This document shows positions 7,871 through 18,600 of a stretch of DNA of 28,686 nt, piece after piece. Every line of letters starts with the position of its first letter. The first letter of the stretch is position 1. This DNA is from a virus. Taxonomy: Duplodnaviria > Caudoviricetes. The notes beneath the pieces are model-generated. The model was not told where the DNA came from, searched no databases, and was given only the letters and a program-made list of their open reading frames with translations. The position numbers and the translations under genes are program-made. Where the stretch lies: the IMG/VR virus record IMGVR_UViG_3300037313_001108, positions 1 to 28,686 of that record; one strand, given 5' to 3'.

Positions 7871-9382
7871 ATGGACTTCGGCAAGTTCCTGGACCGGCTA
7901 ATCGAGCCGTTCAATCCCGACCTGGCGGCGCGCAGGCTGCGTGCGCGGTCGGGGCTGTCGCTGGCCCGCCAGTTCGATGTCGCGGCGACATCGCGCCGCA
8001 CCCGCAACTGGAACCGCCCGTCGACCGACGCCGACGCCGAAAGCTGGCGCGCCCGCGCGAAGCTGCGCGCCAGCGGTCACGACCTGGTTCGGAACAACAA
8101 ATATGCTGAAGCCGGCGTCCGCCACCTGGTGGCGGACATGATCGGCGACGGCATCGCGCCGCAGTTCAGCCATGCCGAACCGGCGGTCGCGCAGAAGGCG
8201 CAGGACGAATGGAAGCGCTGGGCCGAAGGCAAGGTCGACGGCCATGACGACTTTTATGGCTTCCAGAAGACGGCTGCCTGGGGCGTCGTCGTCGGCGGCG
8301 AAACGCTGACCGTCTGGAAGCCGGATTCGACCGGCCCCGATGGCCGGCTCGAGGGATTGGAAGGCGACCTGCTGGACGAAAGCAGGCTGGAAGACCGGCC
8401 CGATGGCGGCCGCATCATCCAGGGCGTCGAATTCGATCGCTATAACGACCGGGTCGCCTATTGGCTGTTCGACCGTCACCCCGGCGGCTTGGCCCTGCTG
8501 GGCAATTACCAGTCGGCGGCCGTTCCGGCGAAGCACGTCGACCATGTGTTCGAGCGCACCCGCTTCGGGCAGACCCGCGGGGTCAGCTGGCTGGCCGCCG
8601 TCGCGCTGGACCTGAAAGACATCGGCGACATCGAAGACGCGGTCAGGACCCAGCAGAAGGTCCAGGCATGCCTTGGCCTGGTGCTGACGCCGGGCGACGA
8701 CGAACAAGTGTCGCCGGTCGTGTCGGCGGACGGCGCGCAGACGACGAACAGCGACACGGGCCGCCTGGAAGAAACCATCACGCCGGGGATGATCTACCGC
8801 ACCCGCAAGGGCGAAACGGTCAACACGGTCGTTCCCAACGGCAGCGGCGGCGCCGTCGAATTCATCCGTCAGCAGCTGGCGGCCATTTCCGCACGGCTCG
8901 CGCCCTATCACCGCATGACCGGCGACGTCAGCCAGGCGAACTATTCATCGCTGCGCGCGGCGATGCTGGGCAGCTGGGCGCTGCTGGACGACTGGCAGCA
9001 GAACGTCTTCATTCCGCACCTGGTCAGGCCCGCAGTCATCCGCCGCATGCGCCGCCTGGCGCTGGAAACGGGCGACCAGCGTTATCTCGACGTCGGCATC
9101 AACTATGCGCTGCCGGTGCGGCGCTTCGTCGACCCGGTGAAAGACCTGGCCGCCGAAATCCTCGAAATTCGCGCGGGCATCAAAACGCTGTTCCAGTCGC
9201 TCGCCGAGCGCGGCAAGGGCGGCGAACAGCAGCTGCGCGAAATCGCGCAAATCAACGAACTGCTGAACGCGCTCGACCTGGTGCTGGACGTCGACCCTCG
9301 CCGGGTCAACGACGCCGGCGCGCTGCAGGCCGCCGTCGGCCTGATCGGCGGCGCCGATCGCGGCAAGTCGAACGGCCAATAG
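7871..9382 (+). CDS. Portal protein, lambda family
   Basis: LRASGHDLVRNN, IQGVEFD...VAYW, GQTRGVSW, MTGDVSQANYSSLRA, VDPVKD. Confidence 0.95.
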   Translation: MDFGKFLDRLIEPFNPDLAARRLRARSGLSLARQFDVAATSRRTRNWNRPSTDADAESWRARAKLRASGHDLVRNNKYAEAGVRHLVADMIGDGIAPQFSHAEPAVAQKAQDEWKRWAEGKVDGHDDFYGFQKTAAWGVVVGGETLTVWKPDSTGPDGRLEGLEGDLLDESRLEDRPDGGRIIQGVEFDRYNDRVAYWLFDRHPGGLALLGNYQSAAVPAKHVDHVFERTRFGQTRGVSWLAAVALDLKDIGDIEDAVRTQQKVQACLGLVLTPGDDEQVSPVVSADGAQTTNSDTGRLEETITPGMIYRTRKGETVNTVVPNGSGGAVEFIRQQLAAISARLAPYHRMTGDVSQANYSSLRAAMLGSWALLDDWQQNVFIPHLVRPAVIRRMRRLALETGDQRYLDVGINYALPVRRFVDPVKDLAAEILEIRAGIKTLFQSLAERGKGGEQQLREIAQINELLNALDLVLDVDPRRVNDAGALQAAVGLIGGADRGKSNGQ

Positions 9383-9395
9383 GAGAACTATCGAA

Positions 9396-11441
9396 ATGGC
9401 GAAATCGCGCTTCACGCGCGCCCTGCTGACGGGCGCGTCCATCCTGACCCGCGACCCGTCGGTCGATTCCGACGAACGCCGGCAGCCGATGGCCGGGTTC
9501 CAGGGCCAGCGCCTTATGGGCTTCACGCCCGACAGCTACAGCGCGGAAACGCGCAGCGTCGAAGCGGTGCTGTCCGCCGGGTCGCAGGTGCGGCGCTACT
9601 ATTTCACCGAAGAACTGGAAATCAGCGCCGAAGCGGTCGACCTGGGCCGCGCGGCGACCGGCATGGTGCCGCTGCTGGATTCGCATAACCAGTATGAAGC
9701 CGCCGCCGTGCTGGGCAGCGTGTCGAACGTCCGCATCGAAAACGGCCAGCTGCTGGGCACGCTGACGTTCGGCGAAACCGACCGCGCCAAGGAAGTGGAA
9801 GGCATGGTCGCCCGCGGCGAACTGAAGGGCATTTCCATCGGTTACCGGGTCAACACCTGGACGATCGTCACCGTCGAAGACGGTCATGAAACCTGGCGCG
9901 CGACGCGCTGGGAGTTGCTTGAAGTCAGCCTAGTTTCTGTTCCCGCAGACGCGATCGCCGCCGTTCGCGCCGCAGGCGGGCCATCACCTGGCGGCAATGA
10001 AGAGGACCCCGAAATGAAGCGTAACAATCCGGGCGGTGCGCCTGCCGCCACCCCGACGCCGGCTGCCGAGCCGGTTCGCGCTGCCGAGCCGACCCCGGCC
10101 CCGGCTGCCCCTGCACCTGCTGCCGAGCCGGTTCGCGCTGCCGAGCCGACCCCGGCCCCTGCGCCCGCAGCGCCGCAGCCGACGGTCGCCCGCTTCAGCG
10201 GTGCCGATGCGGTCGCGTTTGTTGCCCTGGGCCGCGACCTGGGCGTCGAAACCCGCGCCAACGAACTTATCCAGCAGAACGAAGCCGGCCAGGTCGGCGT
10301 CGACGCCGCCCGCGCAGCGCTGCTGCAGGCCGCTGGTGAACGCCAGCGCGCCGAAACCGCGCCGGCGCGCACCGCGCCCATCCAGGTCGACAACAGCAAC
10401 CAGGATGCAAGTCGCGCGGCGATCGCCGACGCGATCTTCGCCCGTGCAACCCGGCAGGAGCCGTCGGAAGCCGCGCGCCAGTATATGGGCCTTAGCCTGC
10501 TGGACGTCGCCCGCGCCCGCGCCGGCCTTCCGTCCAGTGAACGCGACGTGCAGATCATCCTGCGCGCCGCGAACACGTCGTCCGACTTCCCGCTGTTGCT
10601 CGAGGCGGCCGCGAACAAGGTGCTGCTGGCTTCCTATGGCCGCGCAATGCCGACCTATCGCGCGATCGCCAAGCAGCGCAACCTGACGGACTTCAAGACG
10701 ACGAAGCTGCTGCGCGTCGGCGACTTCCCGACCCTGTTGGCCTATGAGGAAGACGGCGAAATCAAGGCCGGCACGATCAACGAAGGCCGCGAAACCGTCA
10801 TCCTGGGCAGCTACGGCCGAATCCTTCGGCTGTCGCGCCAGGCGATCGTCAACGACGACCTGGGTGCGTTCGACGACGTGCTGGGGTCGATCGGCGGCAT
10901 GGTCAGCCGCTTCGAAAATGCCACCTTCTACGCGATGAAGGCGGCGAACAGCGGCAACGGGCCGAAGTTGGCGGACAACGTCAACCTGTTCAACGCTTCG
11001 CACGGCAACCTGGCCGCGTCGGGCGGTGCAGTCGACGTGACGACGCTGGGCGCAGGCCGCGCGGCGATGCGCAAGCAGGCCGACCTGGACGGCAACAAGC
11101 TGAACATCGCGCCGGCGGTCATCCTGAACGGCCCCGACACCGAAACGGCCATCGAACAGTTCCTGGCGCCGATCGTCGCCGCGGAAGGCGCGAAGGTGAA
11201 CCCCTTCAGCAGCAAGCTGTCGCAGGTCACCGAAGCGTCGATCGCGGGCAACGCCTGGGAACTCTACGCCGACCCGATGGTGCTTCCGGTCTTCCATTAT
11301 GGTTATTTGGAGAGCGCACCGGGGCCGCGCGTGATGACTCACGAGCCGTTCAACACCGACGGCCTGGCGTTCCGCGTCACGCTCGACTTCTATTCGGGCG
11401 CGACCGACTACCGCGGCGCCTACCGCAACCCCGGCGCCTAA
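9396..11441 (+). CDS. Prohead protease-major capsid protein fusion
   Basis: N-terminal HK97-like protease (PLLDSHN, GISIGY, WELLEVSLVSVPAD), a Pro/Ala linker, then a Mu gpT-like capsid domain (TSSDFPLLL, DFK, YGRILRLSRQAIVNDDLGAF, LFNASHGN, DYRGAYRNPG). Confidence 0.92.
   Translation: MAKSRFTRALLTGASILTRDPSVDSDERRQPMAGFQGQRLMGFTPDSYSAETRSVEAVLSAGSQVRRYYFTEELEISAEAVDLGRAATGMVPLLDSHNQYEAAAVLGSVSNVRIENGQLLGTLTFGETDRAKEVEGMVARGELKGISIGYRVNTWTIVTVEDGHETWRATRWELLEVSLVSVPADAIAAVRAAGGPSPGGNEEDPEMKRNNPGGAPAATPTPAAEPVRAAEPTPAPAAPAPAAEPVRAAEPTPAPAPAAPQPTVARFSGADAVAFVALGRDLGVETRANELIQQNEAGQVGVDAARAALLQAAGERQRAETAPARTAPIQVDNSNQDASRAAIADAIFARATRQEPSEAARQYMGLSLLDVARARAGLPSSERDVQIILRAANTSSDFPLLLEAAANKVLLASYGRAMPTYRAIAKQRNLTDFKTTKLLRVGDFPTLLAYEEDGEIKAGTINEGRETVILGSYGRILRLSRQAIVNDDLGAFDDVLGSIGGMVSRFENATFYAMKAANSGNGPKLADNVNLFNASHGNLAASGGAVDVTTLGAGRAAMRKQADLDGNKLNIAPAVILNGPDTETAIEQFLAPIVAAEGAKVNPFSSKLSQVTEASIAGNAWELYADPMVLPVFHYGYLESAPGPRVMTHEPFNTDGLAFRVTLDFYSGATDYRGAYRNPGA
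10062..10159 (+). repeat. In-frame direct repeat in the protease-capsid linker (41 bp identical, 57-bp period)
   Basis: GCTGCCGAGCCGGTTCGCGCTGCCGAGCCGACCCCGGCCCC at 10062 and 10119, encoding AAEPVRAAEPTPAP twice. Confidence 0.9.
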
Positions 11442-11459
11442 CCAGCGCTGACCCGTTGA

Positions 11460-11485
11460 CCGCCCAGGCCTGACGGCCTGGGCGG
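11460..11485 (+). terminator. Hairpin after the capsid gene (terminator or mRNA-stabilising stem)
   Basis: CCGCCCAGGCC-TGAC-GGCCTGGGCGG, perfect 11-bp stem; no good U tract. Confidence 0.5.
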
Positions 11486-11551
11486 CCTTCCCCCTTGAAA
11501 CCAATCTAACCGCGACGGGGTGCGTGAACCCTGAAATGGAAGGAAGAACCC

Positions 11552-11881
11552 ATGAAGAACTATGTGCAGCCGGGCCATGCGCTCGACTTGACCGCACCGG
11601 CGGCGGTGACGTCCGGCGACCCGGTGAAGATCGGCAGCCTGATCGTCATTCCGGCAGCCGATGCCGCCAGCGGCGAAACCTTCGTCGGCTATTGCGAAGG
11701 CGTTTATGACGTCGACAAGGCGGCGGGCAGCGCCTGGACCGAGGGCCTGACCCTCTACTGGGACGACACCAATAAGGTCTTCACGACCGTGTCGACCAGC
11801 AACACGAAGTGCGGTTCAGCGGCCGCCGCTGCCGCCAGCGGCGACACGGCCGGCCGCATCCGCCTTCAGCCGTCGCTTTAA
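11552..11881 (+). CDS. DUF2190-family capsid cement/decoration protein
   Basis: MKNYVQPG..L.LTAP..V.SG...EGVYD..K...W..G..LYWD pattern; follows the capsid gene. Confidence 0.85.
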   Translation: MKNYVQPGHALDLTAPAAVTSGDPVKIGSLIVIPAADAASGETFVGYCEGVYDVDKAAGSAWTEGLTLYWDDTNKVFTTVSTSNTKCGSAAAAAASGDTAGRIRLQPSL

Positions 11882-11893
11882 CGGCGGCTGACG

Positions 11894-12223
11894 ATGCCTC
11901 TCCCCCAGGCCGCGCTCGAGCGCCAGCAGGACGCGATCTTTCGCGTGCATGGCGAGGACGCGGCCTGGGATGGAGGCGACACGGTTCGCGTCATCCGGCG
12001 CGAAGCCGACGAAAACATTCAGCTGACATACGGCGAGGCGATCGACACGGGGCGCACGATCAGGGTGCGCAAGTCCGAAGTCGCCGCCCCGGCGGAAGGC
12101 GACCAGGTGCAAGTCCTGGACGCTGACGGCAATCCGGTCAGCGGTGCGCTGTTCGTCGTCAACGGCGAACCGAAACTGGACCGCCGCGGCGTCTGGCACT
12201 GCCCGGTGAAAGAAGGGAATTAA
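11894..12223 (+). CDS. Head-tail joining protein (gpFII-like)
   Basis: 109 aa with IRVRKSEVAAPAEGD...PKLD...W; position in the neck module. Confidence 0.7.
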   Translation: MPLPQAALERQQDAIFRVHGEDAAWDGGDTVRVIRREADENIQLTYGEAIDTGRTIRVRKSEVAAPAEGDQVQVLDADGNPVSGALFVVNGEPKLDRRGVWHCPVKEGN

Positions 12224-12227
12224 GCCC

Positions 12228-12419
12228 ATGAAGAAGGTCACCGTTCACGCCTGGGTGCAGGACAATTCCGGCAGCTATCACAAGCCCGGTTCGCAGCTGA
12301 TCGTCGACGACAAGGGCGGCGAGGGCTGCATCACGGCGAAGGCCGCCGATCAGCTGCTGCAAGGCAACGCCGTCCCGCATTCCGAGGCGAAGGCAGCCCC
12401 GGCGCCCGCCGCCAAGTAA
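12228..12419 (+). CDS. Small hypothetical phage protein
   Basis: 63-aa ORF filling the gap between neck genes, with phage-like codon usage. Confidence 0.6.
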   Translation: MKKVTVHAWVQDNSGSYHKPGSQLIVDDKGGEGCITAKAADQLLQGNAVPHSEAKAAPAPAAK

Positions 12420-12422
12420 CCA

Positions 12423-13067
12423 ATGAAGATTCAGGTCGATGCGGCGGGCTTCGCCCGCGACCTGAAACGGGCGTGCGCGCAGGAACTGGCCCGCGTCGAA
12501 AAAGCGATCGACGAAGAAGTCAAGGCGGGGGGTGACAGCCTCAAAGCCGACCTGCGCAGCGAAACCGAAGCGCTGCTGGGGCCGAAGATCGCCAACGCCT
12601 GGCGCGGCAAGTTCTACCCGAACAAGGGACAGGGGGGCGGGCCGGCCAGCTTCGTTTGGAGCAAGGCGCCCAGGATTCTCGACTTCTTTTCGTCGTCGAA
12701 GATCATCACGCCGCTGGGCCAGGCGTTCGCCATCCCGACCGAGAATGTGCCGCGCGGCAACCGCGGGCGGCGCCTGTCGCCGATCGAAGTCGAAGCCAGG
12801 TTCAACACCGAACTGCAGCCGGGGCGGCTGAAGAACGGCCAAATCGGGCTGTTCATGGACCTGGTCGCCGCGCGCAGCGGCCGCGGGTTCCGCCAGGCGA
12901 CGACGCGCCGGAAGGCCCAGGGCCGCGCTTCGAAGCCGGTCCTGATGTTCGTTCTGTGGAAGGGGCCGCTGCGCGGCCGCAAGCTGATCGACCTGGAGGC
13001 CGCCGCCAATCGCGCGGCCGCCAGGACTGCCGCCAACATCGCGACACGAATCGAGCGGGGGATATGA
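12423..13067 (+). CDS. DUF6441-like neck/tail completion protein
   Basis: Basic protein with LG..IANAWR...YP, VWSKAP, AIPT, PVLMFVL; syntenic position. Confidence 0.65.
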   Translation: MKIQVDAAGFARDLKRACAQELARVEKAIDEEVKAGGDSLKADLRSETEALLGPKIANAWRGKFYPNKGQGGGPASFVWSKAPRILDFFSSSKIITPLGQAFAIPTENVPRGNRGRRLSPIEVEARFNTELQPGRLKNGQIGLFMDLVAARSGRGFRQATTRRKAQGRASKPVLMFVLWKGPLRGRKLIDLEAAANRAAARTAANIATRIERGI

Positions 13068-13495
13068 CGAAGCAGATGCAAGTCCTGCTGGCGGTGAAGG
13101 CGCTGGTCGTCGCGGCACTGCCCGGCGCGACTATCGTCGGCTTCGACAAGGATGCCGACAAGCCGCCGCGCATCGGTCCAGGCGGGTGCGTCGTCGGGCA
13201 CCCCGGCGACCAGGGCGACCCCGAAGTCGATCTTTCGCCCCTGACCTATAACTGGTCGCATCAGATTCCGCTCGAAGTCATCGGCCCGAACGGCGAGGGC
13301 GGCGACATCCTGGACGCGATGCTGGAAACGCTCGCCGACGCGATCGCCGCCGACCCGTTCCTGGGCGGCCTTTGCGACTACTTCGGAATCGCCGCGGCCG
13401 ACTTCAACGACCGCAGCACCGAAGCACTTCCTTCGACCAACTGGGCGACCCTTCCGCTGGTCGCCGAATATTCGACGAACAACGCGCTTCGGTAA
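13064..13495 (+). CDS. Tail terminator-like protein
   Basis: ATG 13064 by ATGA overlap; GDPEVDLSPLTYNWSH, IAADPFLGGLCD; immediately precedes the tail tube gene. Confidence 0.7.
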   Translation: MTKQMQVLLAVKALVVAALPGATIVGFDKDADKPPRIGPGGCVVGHPGDQGDPEVDLSPLTYNWSHQIPLEVIGPNGEGGDILDAMLETLADAIAADPFLGGLCDYFGIAAADFNDRSTEALPSTNWATLPLVAEYSTNNALR

Positions 13496-13562
13496 GCCGC
13501 GCTGCGGCGAACCAACCTAGCCAACCTGACCGCCACAGCGCGGGAATCAACGAAAGGAAACG

Positions 13563-14837
13563 ATGATGCGCGCACGCGGTGCGAATGCCCGGCTGCACGG
13601 GAAGTTCGAAGCGACTTATGGCGTCCCGCCGAGCGGAAACTACATTCAGTTCCCGTTCGTGCAGTCGAACATCGGCCCCGAACAAGGGCTGCTGGAAAGC
13701 GACCTGCTGGGTCAGGGCCGCGAGGGCTTCGACCCGACGCTGGACGTGCTCAACAATGACGGCGACGTCACCGTGCCGGTCGACGTGCGCAACGTCGGCC
13801 ACTGGCTGAACCTGCTGCTGGGCGCGGCGACAACCAGCGCTTCGGTCAGCGCGGCAGGCGACATTGTCTTTTCGGCGCTGCCGGCGGCGAACAGCACCAT
13901 CACCATCAACGGGACCGTGTTCACCTTCGTCAGCGGCGCGCCGTCCGGCAATCAAATCCAGATCGGGGCCGACGTCGAAGCGACCGTCGACAACGCGGTC
14001 ACCGTGCTGAACGCCAGCGTCATCGCCGGGGTCGCGCTCGCGACCTATTCGAAAGTCGACACCGACACGCTGCACATCGTTCATGACACGGGCGGCACGA
14101 CCGGCAACACGTTCACCATCGCCGCGTCGGACGATTCGAACGGCGAAGCATCGAATTCGACCCTGGTCGGCGGCGGCAACAAGCACACCTTCACCAGCGG
14201 CGCTTCCAGCCTTCCGGCCATGTCGATCGAAACGGCGATGCCCGACGTGCCCGCCTATCAGATGAACTACGGCATGCGCGGCAACATGCTGAAGGTCGAA
14301 CTGCAGCGCCGCGGCCTGCTGAACGCCGTCATCAGCCTCATCGGCAAGGGTGCCAAGGCGGTCGCCGGCACGAGCGGCGCCGGGACGCCGACGGCGCTGA
14401 CCGTCGCCCGCTTCGCCCAGGCGACCGGCCAAATCAAGAAGGACGGCGCGCAGCTGGGCAGCGTGGTCGCCGCCAACTTCGCCTTTTCGAACAATCTCGA
14501 CAAGGTCGAAACCATCCAGCCCGACAGCGAAATCGAGGACGCAGACCCTGGGCAGGCGACCGCCAGCGGCAACGTCACGGTGCGGTTCAAGGACCAAGTC
14601 CTGATGGATGCGGCGACGGGCCGCGACCCGATCGAACTGTCGTTCAACTGGAACTTCGAAGGGTTCACCCTGACGGTCACCTTCCCGCGCGTCCTGCTGC
14701 CGCGCCCGAAGACGCCGATCACCGGCCCGAACGGCATCCAGGCCAGCTTCGACTGGCAGGGGTCGGGCGCCGACGGCCATGTGATGACCGTCGACCTGAT
14801 CAACGACGTCGCCAGCTACGCCGCCGCCGCGGTCTAG
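13563..14837 (+). CDS. Tail tube (major tail) protein with a ~109-aa inserted domain
   Basis: RARGANA...FEATYG.PP, LLESDLLGQGR, VPVDVRN.GHWL, HTFTSGA..LPAMSIE, FSNNLDKVETI, ITGPNGIQASFDWQG; strong AAGGA RBS. Confidence 0.88.
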   Translation: MMRARGANARLHGKFEATYGVPPSGNYIQFPFVQSNIGPEQGLLESDLLGQGREGFDPTLDVLNNDGDVTVPVDVRNVGHWLNLLLGAATTSASVSAAGDIVFSALPAANSTITINGTVFTFVSGAPSGNQIQIGADVEATVDNAVTVLNASVIAGVALATYSKVDTDTLHIVHDTGGTTGNTFTIAASDDSNGEASNSTLVGGGNKHTFTSGASSLPAMSIETAMPDVPAYQMNYGMRGNMLKVELQRRGLLNAVISLIGKGAKAVAGTSGAGTPTALTVARFAQATGQIKKDGAQLGSVVAANFAFSNNLDKVETIQPDSEIEDADPGQATASGNVTVRFKDQVLMDAATGRDPIELSFNWNFEGFTLTVTFPRVLLPRPKTPITGPNGIQASFDWQGSGADGHVMTVDLINDVASYAAAAV

Positions 14838-14860
14838 GACTGAAGCAAGGGGGTTAATTC

Positions 14861-15463
14861 GTGTTCACCATTGGAAAGCGGGCCGACCAGCCCGTTCGCG
14901 TCACCATCGCCGAAGCCCAGGGCGACGACCCCGCAGCGGTCGTCATCCTGGCGCCGATCGAACCGAAGATGCGGCGCCGTGCGTTTCGCGCGGCCCAGCG
15001 CATGCTGGAAAAGATCGGCGTGTCACCCGACGGCGTTGAAGGCGACGTGCTGCTGGACGTCAGCGAAGAAGTCAGCCGCGAACTGCTGCGCCTGGGCATC
15101 ATCGGCATTGAAGGCATTGCCGACGAAGCGACTGGCGAGCCGTTCGCGCTGACTCCGGACCATGAAACCCGGTTGCGCACCGCCAACGAAAAAGACCGTC
15201 CGACGGGGACGATCGACGACCTGCTGGCCGACGAAACCGTCTTCACGAAGCTGGATGCGGAATATGTCATTCCCGATGCGCGCCGGCGTGCGGAAAAAAA
15301 CGGATTGTCCGGCTCGCCGAATGGCACTTCGACGGCGGCGACGCCGGGCAGCGATACTGCGAACTCAGCTGCGAAGCCGACACGCAAGGCCGCTGCGGGG
15401 GGTGCCCGTATAAAAAGCACGCGCTGCAAAGCGACGAAGCGGAAGGGGTCTGGCAGGTCCTGA
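14861..15463 (+). CDS. Tail assembly chaperone (gpG-like)
   Basis: Lies between tail tube and tape measure and contains EKN encoded by the slippery GAAAAAAAC. Confidence 0.8.
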   Translation: MFTIGKRADQPVRVTIAEAQGDDPAAVVILAPIEPKMRRRAFRAAQRMLEKIGVSPDGVEGDVLLDVSEEVSRELLRLGIIGIEGIADEATGEPFALTPDHETRLRTANEKDRPTGTIDDLLADETVFTKLDAEYVIPDARRRAEKNGLSGSPNGTSTAATPGSDTANSAAKPTRKAAAGGARIKSTRCKATKRKGSGRS

Positions 15464-15666
15464 CGGCCTGCCAGCGCCAGCTGCGCACCGCCGGCATGAC
15501 CGGCCTGCCGATCGGGCTGGACTTCGCCGCGATCATGCTGACGGGGGCCGCCCAGGCCGCCGACCTGGAACTTCTGTCTGAAGTCCTGCCGGACTTCGAA
15601 GGCATCGTCATTGCCAGCCTGTCGCCCGACGGGCCGGTTTCATCCGATAGCGAGGAATTCGCCTAA
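14861..15666 (+). CDS. Tail assembly chaperone gpGT-like, -1 frameshift product (3' part absent from the ORF track)
   Basis: A AAA AAC at 15295-15301 is in the correct phase. The -1 frame reads RIVRLAEWHFDGGDAGQRYCELSCEADTQGRCGGCPY...EGVWQVL...QLR...PIGLDFAA...EEFA and stops at 15664-15666, abutting the tape measure ATG. Confidence 0.85.
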
Positions 15667-18600
15667 ATGGGCCGTCCGCAGGTTTCCATCCGCCTTGGCA
15701 CGACCGGGCGCGGCGACGTCGAAAAGGACCTAACCGCGATCGGCGACGTCGGCGACGCGCAGGCGCGGCGTTATCAGGCCAGCTGGGAACGCGCGTCCCG
15801 CGAAGCCGAAGCCGCGCTCGAGCGCCAGGAGAAGGCGGCGGCGCGGCTGCAGTCGGTCAGCCAGTCGCCTATCCAGCGGCAGATCAATGCAACGACCGGC
15901 GTCGGCGCGGTCCAATCTGGCAATGCCAAGGCCGCCGCTGCCGCGCTCGCCGCCGAACTGGACCGGGCCGAAAGCGAAGCCCGCCAGCTAATCGCGTCTA
16001 TCGACCCGCTGTTCGCCGCCCAGCAGCGCTATGAAGCGCAAATTGCGCGCATCAACGCCGTGCGTGCGACCGGGCAGCTGACCGAGGAACGCTATCAGCA
16101 GCTTCTGGCGAACGAAAAGACGGTGCTGGACCAGGCGACCGCCGCGGGCCTGCGCAACGCGCAGATGCGCGGCACCATGCGCATGGGCATGCAGCAGCTG
16201 TCGTTCCAGGCGAATGACGTCGCGCAGCAGATGGCGCTGGGCGTCGCCGCCGAACGCATCTTCGCCCAGCAGTCGGGCCAGGTCGTCCAGGCGCTGCAGA
16301 TCATGGGCGGCGAGGGGAACGCCTTCCTGCGCTTCCTGGGCGGACCCTGGGGCCTTGCCCTGACGACTGCGGCGGTCGTTCTGACCCCCTTCATCGGCAA
16401 ACTGTTCGCCGCCGGCGAAAGCGTCGACGACCTGGTCGAAAAGCTGCAGAAGGAAGCCCGCCAGTCGGCGTTGACGGACGAAGCGCACCGCGCGTTCGCC
16501 ACGACGCTGGAAGGCGTCACCGAAGCGCTGAACAAGAATCGCGACGCGCTCAAGGGCCTGTCCGAACAGGGCAAGAGCGCGGCCGAACAGGCGCTGGCGC
16601 ATGCCAAGGCGCAGCTGACCGTCGCCGAAGTCAACAAGTTCGCCGCCCAAAGCGAAATCAATTACACGCGGGCATTGCTCGAGCGGAACCGGGAGTCCGC
16701 CAAGGTCGCCGGGATGGACCCGCGCGTCGCCGGCCCGTTGCTCGCCGACGCCGACGCCGCGCAGGGACGCCTGGACGCGCTGCAGGCCGAACTGGCGAAC
16801 TGGACGGCGGCCATCAACACCGCCCGCAGCCAGGTCACCGAAGCCGAATCGCACATGGCGGTCGAAGCCGGCATGCGCGACGGCGTCGAAGCCATCCGCC
16901 GCAAGTATGAAGGCGCGAACGGGCTGATCGAACAGACCCGGCAGCGCTTGGTCAATGAAAAGGCGACCAGCGCCGAAATCGAAAAGCAGGTGCGCCTGCT
17001 GCATGATCGCGAAACGACCGAAATCAAGGCGGCGCAGGACCGCGACCGCAAGGCCCCGGCCAACGCCGGCGGAACCGCGATCTTCAACGAGCAAATCGCC
17101 AGCTTCTTCGACGCGGCCGCGAAATATCGCGGCATGTCGGAAACGTCGAACAAGGGCGTGCTGGAAGCCTTCTTCCGCGAAGCCAACATCAACCTGGACC
17201 CGGAAAAGACCGCCTGGTGCGCGGCCTTCGTCAACGCCGTGCTGGCGACCCAGGGGGTCAAGGGCACCGGCAGCCTGGCCGCACATTCCTTCCTGAACTT
17301 CGGCAAGGATGACACGAAGTCGCCGCAGCGCGGCGACATCGTCGTCGTCAAGAGCGCCGGCAGCCCGTCGGGCGAGCATGTCGGGTTCCTGGACAGCATC
17401 GACAAGGCGGGCAACGTCAGCGTCCTGGGCGGCAACACCGGCAACAAGGTCGCTTCATCGACCTTCAGCAAAAGCCAGGTGCTGGCAATCCGCCGCCCGC
17501 CGACGCCAGCGGAATCGGCGGCGCTCGCCGACAAGGCCGCGAACGACGCGAAGCAGGCGCAGGAGGCGTTCGACAACGAGCGCGCCCAGCTTAACCAGCA
17601 GCTGCTTCAGGAACTGGGCAAGGTCGCGCTGGGCTATGAGAACCAGGCCGCTGTCCAGATGCGCATTGCGCAGGCCGAACACGACCGTGAAGCCCAGCAA
17701 ATCGCCGCGAACCTCGCCGATGGCAAATATGGCGATGCGACCAGCAAGCTGGCGCAGACCCGCGCCGAAGAATTGCAGCACGCGAACGATGCGAAGCTGG
17801 CGGCGCAGAAGGCCGCGATCAGCTTGAAAAGCTATGTCGCATCGCTCGAGGAACAGGACTCGAAAAACGAGCAGCTGACCCAGTTCAAGATCGACGAACT
17901 GGAATATGAGGACAGGCACGCCCGAACCGCCAAGCGGCATCTGGATATTCAGCTGCAGATCATCGACCTGGCATTCGAAGAAAAGGAAAGTCACCTAAAG
18001 TATTTGATCTATCTCGCCGAACTCAACGGCGAAACGAAAAAGGCGGCTGACCTACAGCGCGAACTCAACAATCTGCCGAGGGAAAAGGCGCGCGCCCAGG
18101 GCGACGCCCGCAGCGATGAGGGCAACAAGACGCCTTTCGAGCAATATCGGGATTCGCTGCCGGGCATCGACCAAATGGGCGACCAGACCCAGGGCGCCTT
18201 CGTCGACGGGCTGAAGAAGCTGAACGAAGGTCTGGACGACGCGATCATGAAGTCGAAAAACTTCCACGACCTGTGGAAGAACATGAAAGCCGTCTTCCAC
18301 GATGTCGCGGCGTCCATCCTCAAAGACCTGATCGACATGTCGATCAAGATGCTGATCATCAAGCCGCTGCTGAACCTCATCACCGGTGCGCCGGCGTTCG
18401 CGACGGGCACCGAATATGCGCCCGGCGGCATGGCGCTGGTCGGCGAGCATGGCCCCGAACTGGTCGGCCTGCCGCGCGGAAGCAAGGTCCACACGGCCGC
18501 CGACACGCGGCGGATGATGGCGGCGAACGATGCCGGCCCGGCACTGTCGCTGACCTTCCAGAACGACTTCCGCGGGGCGGACGCCGACGCGGTCAGCGCG

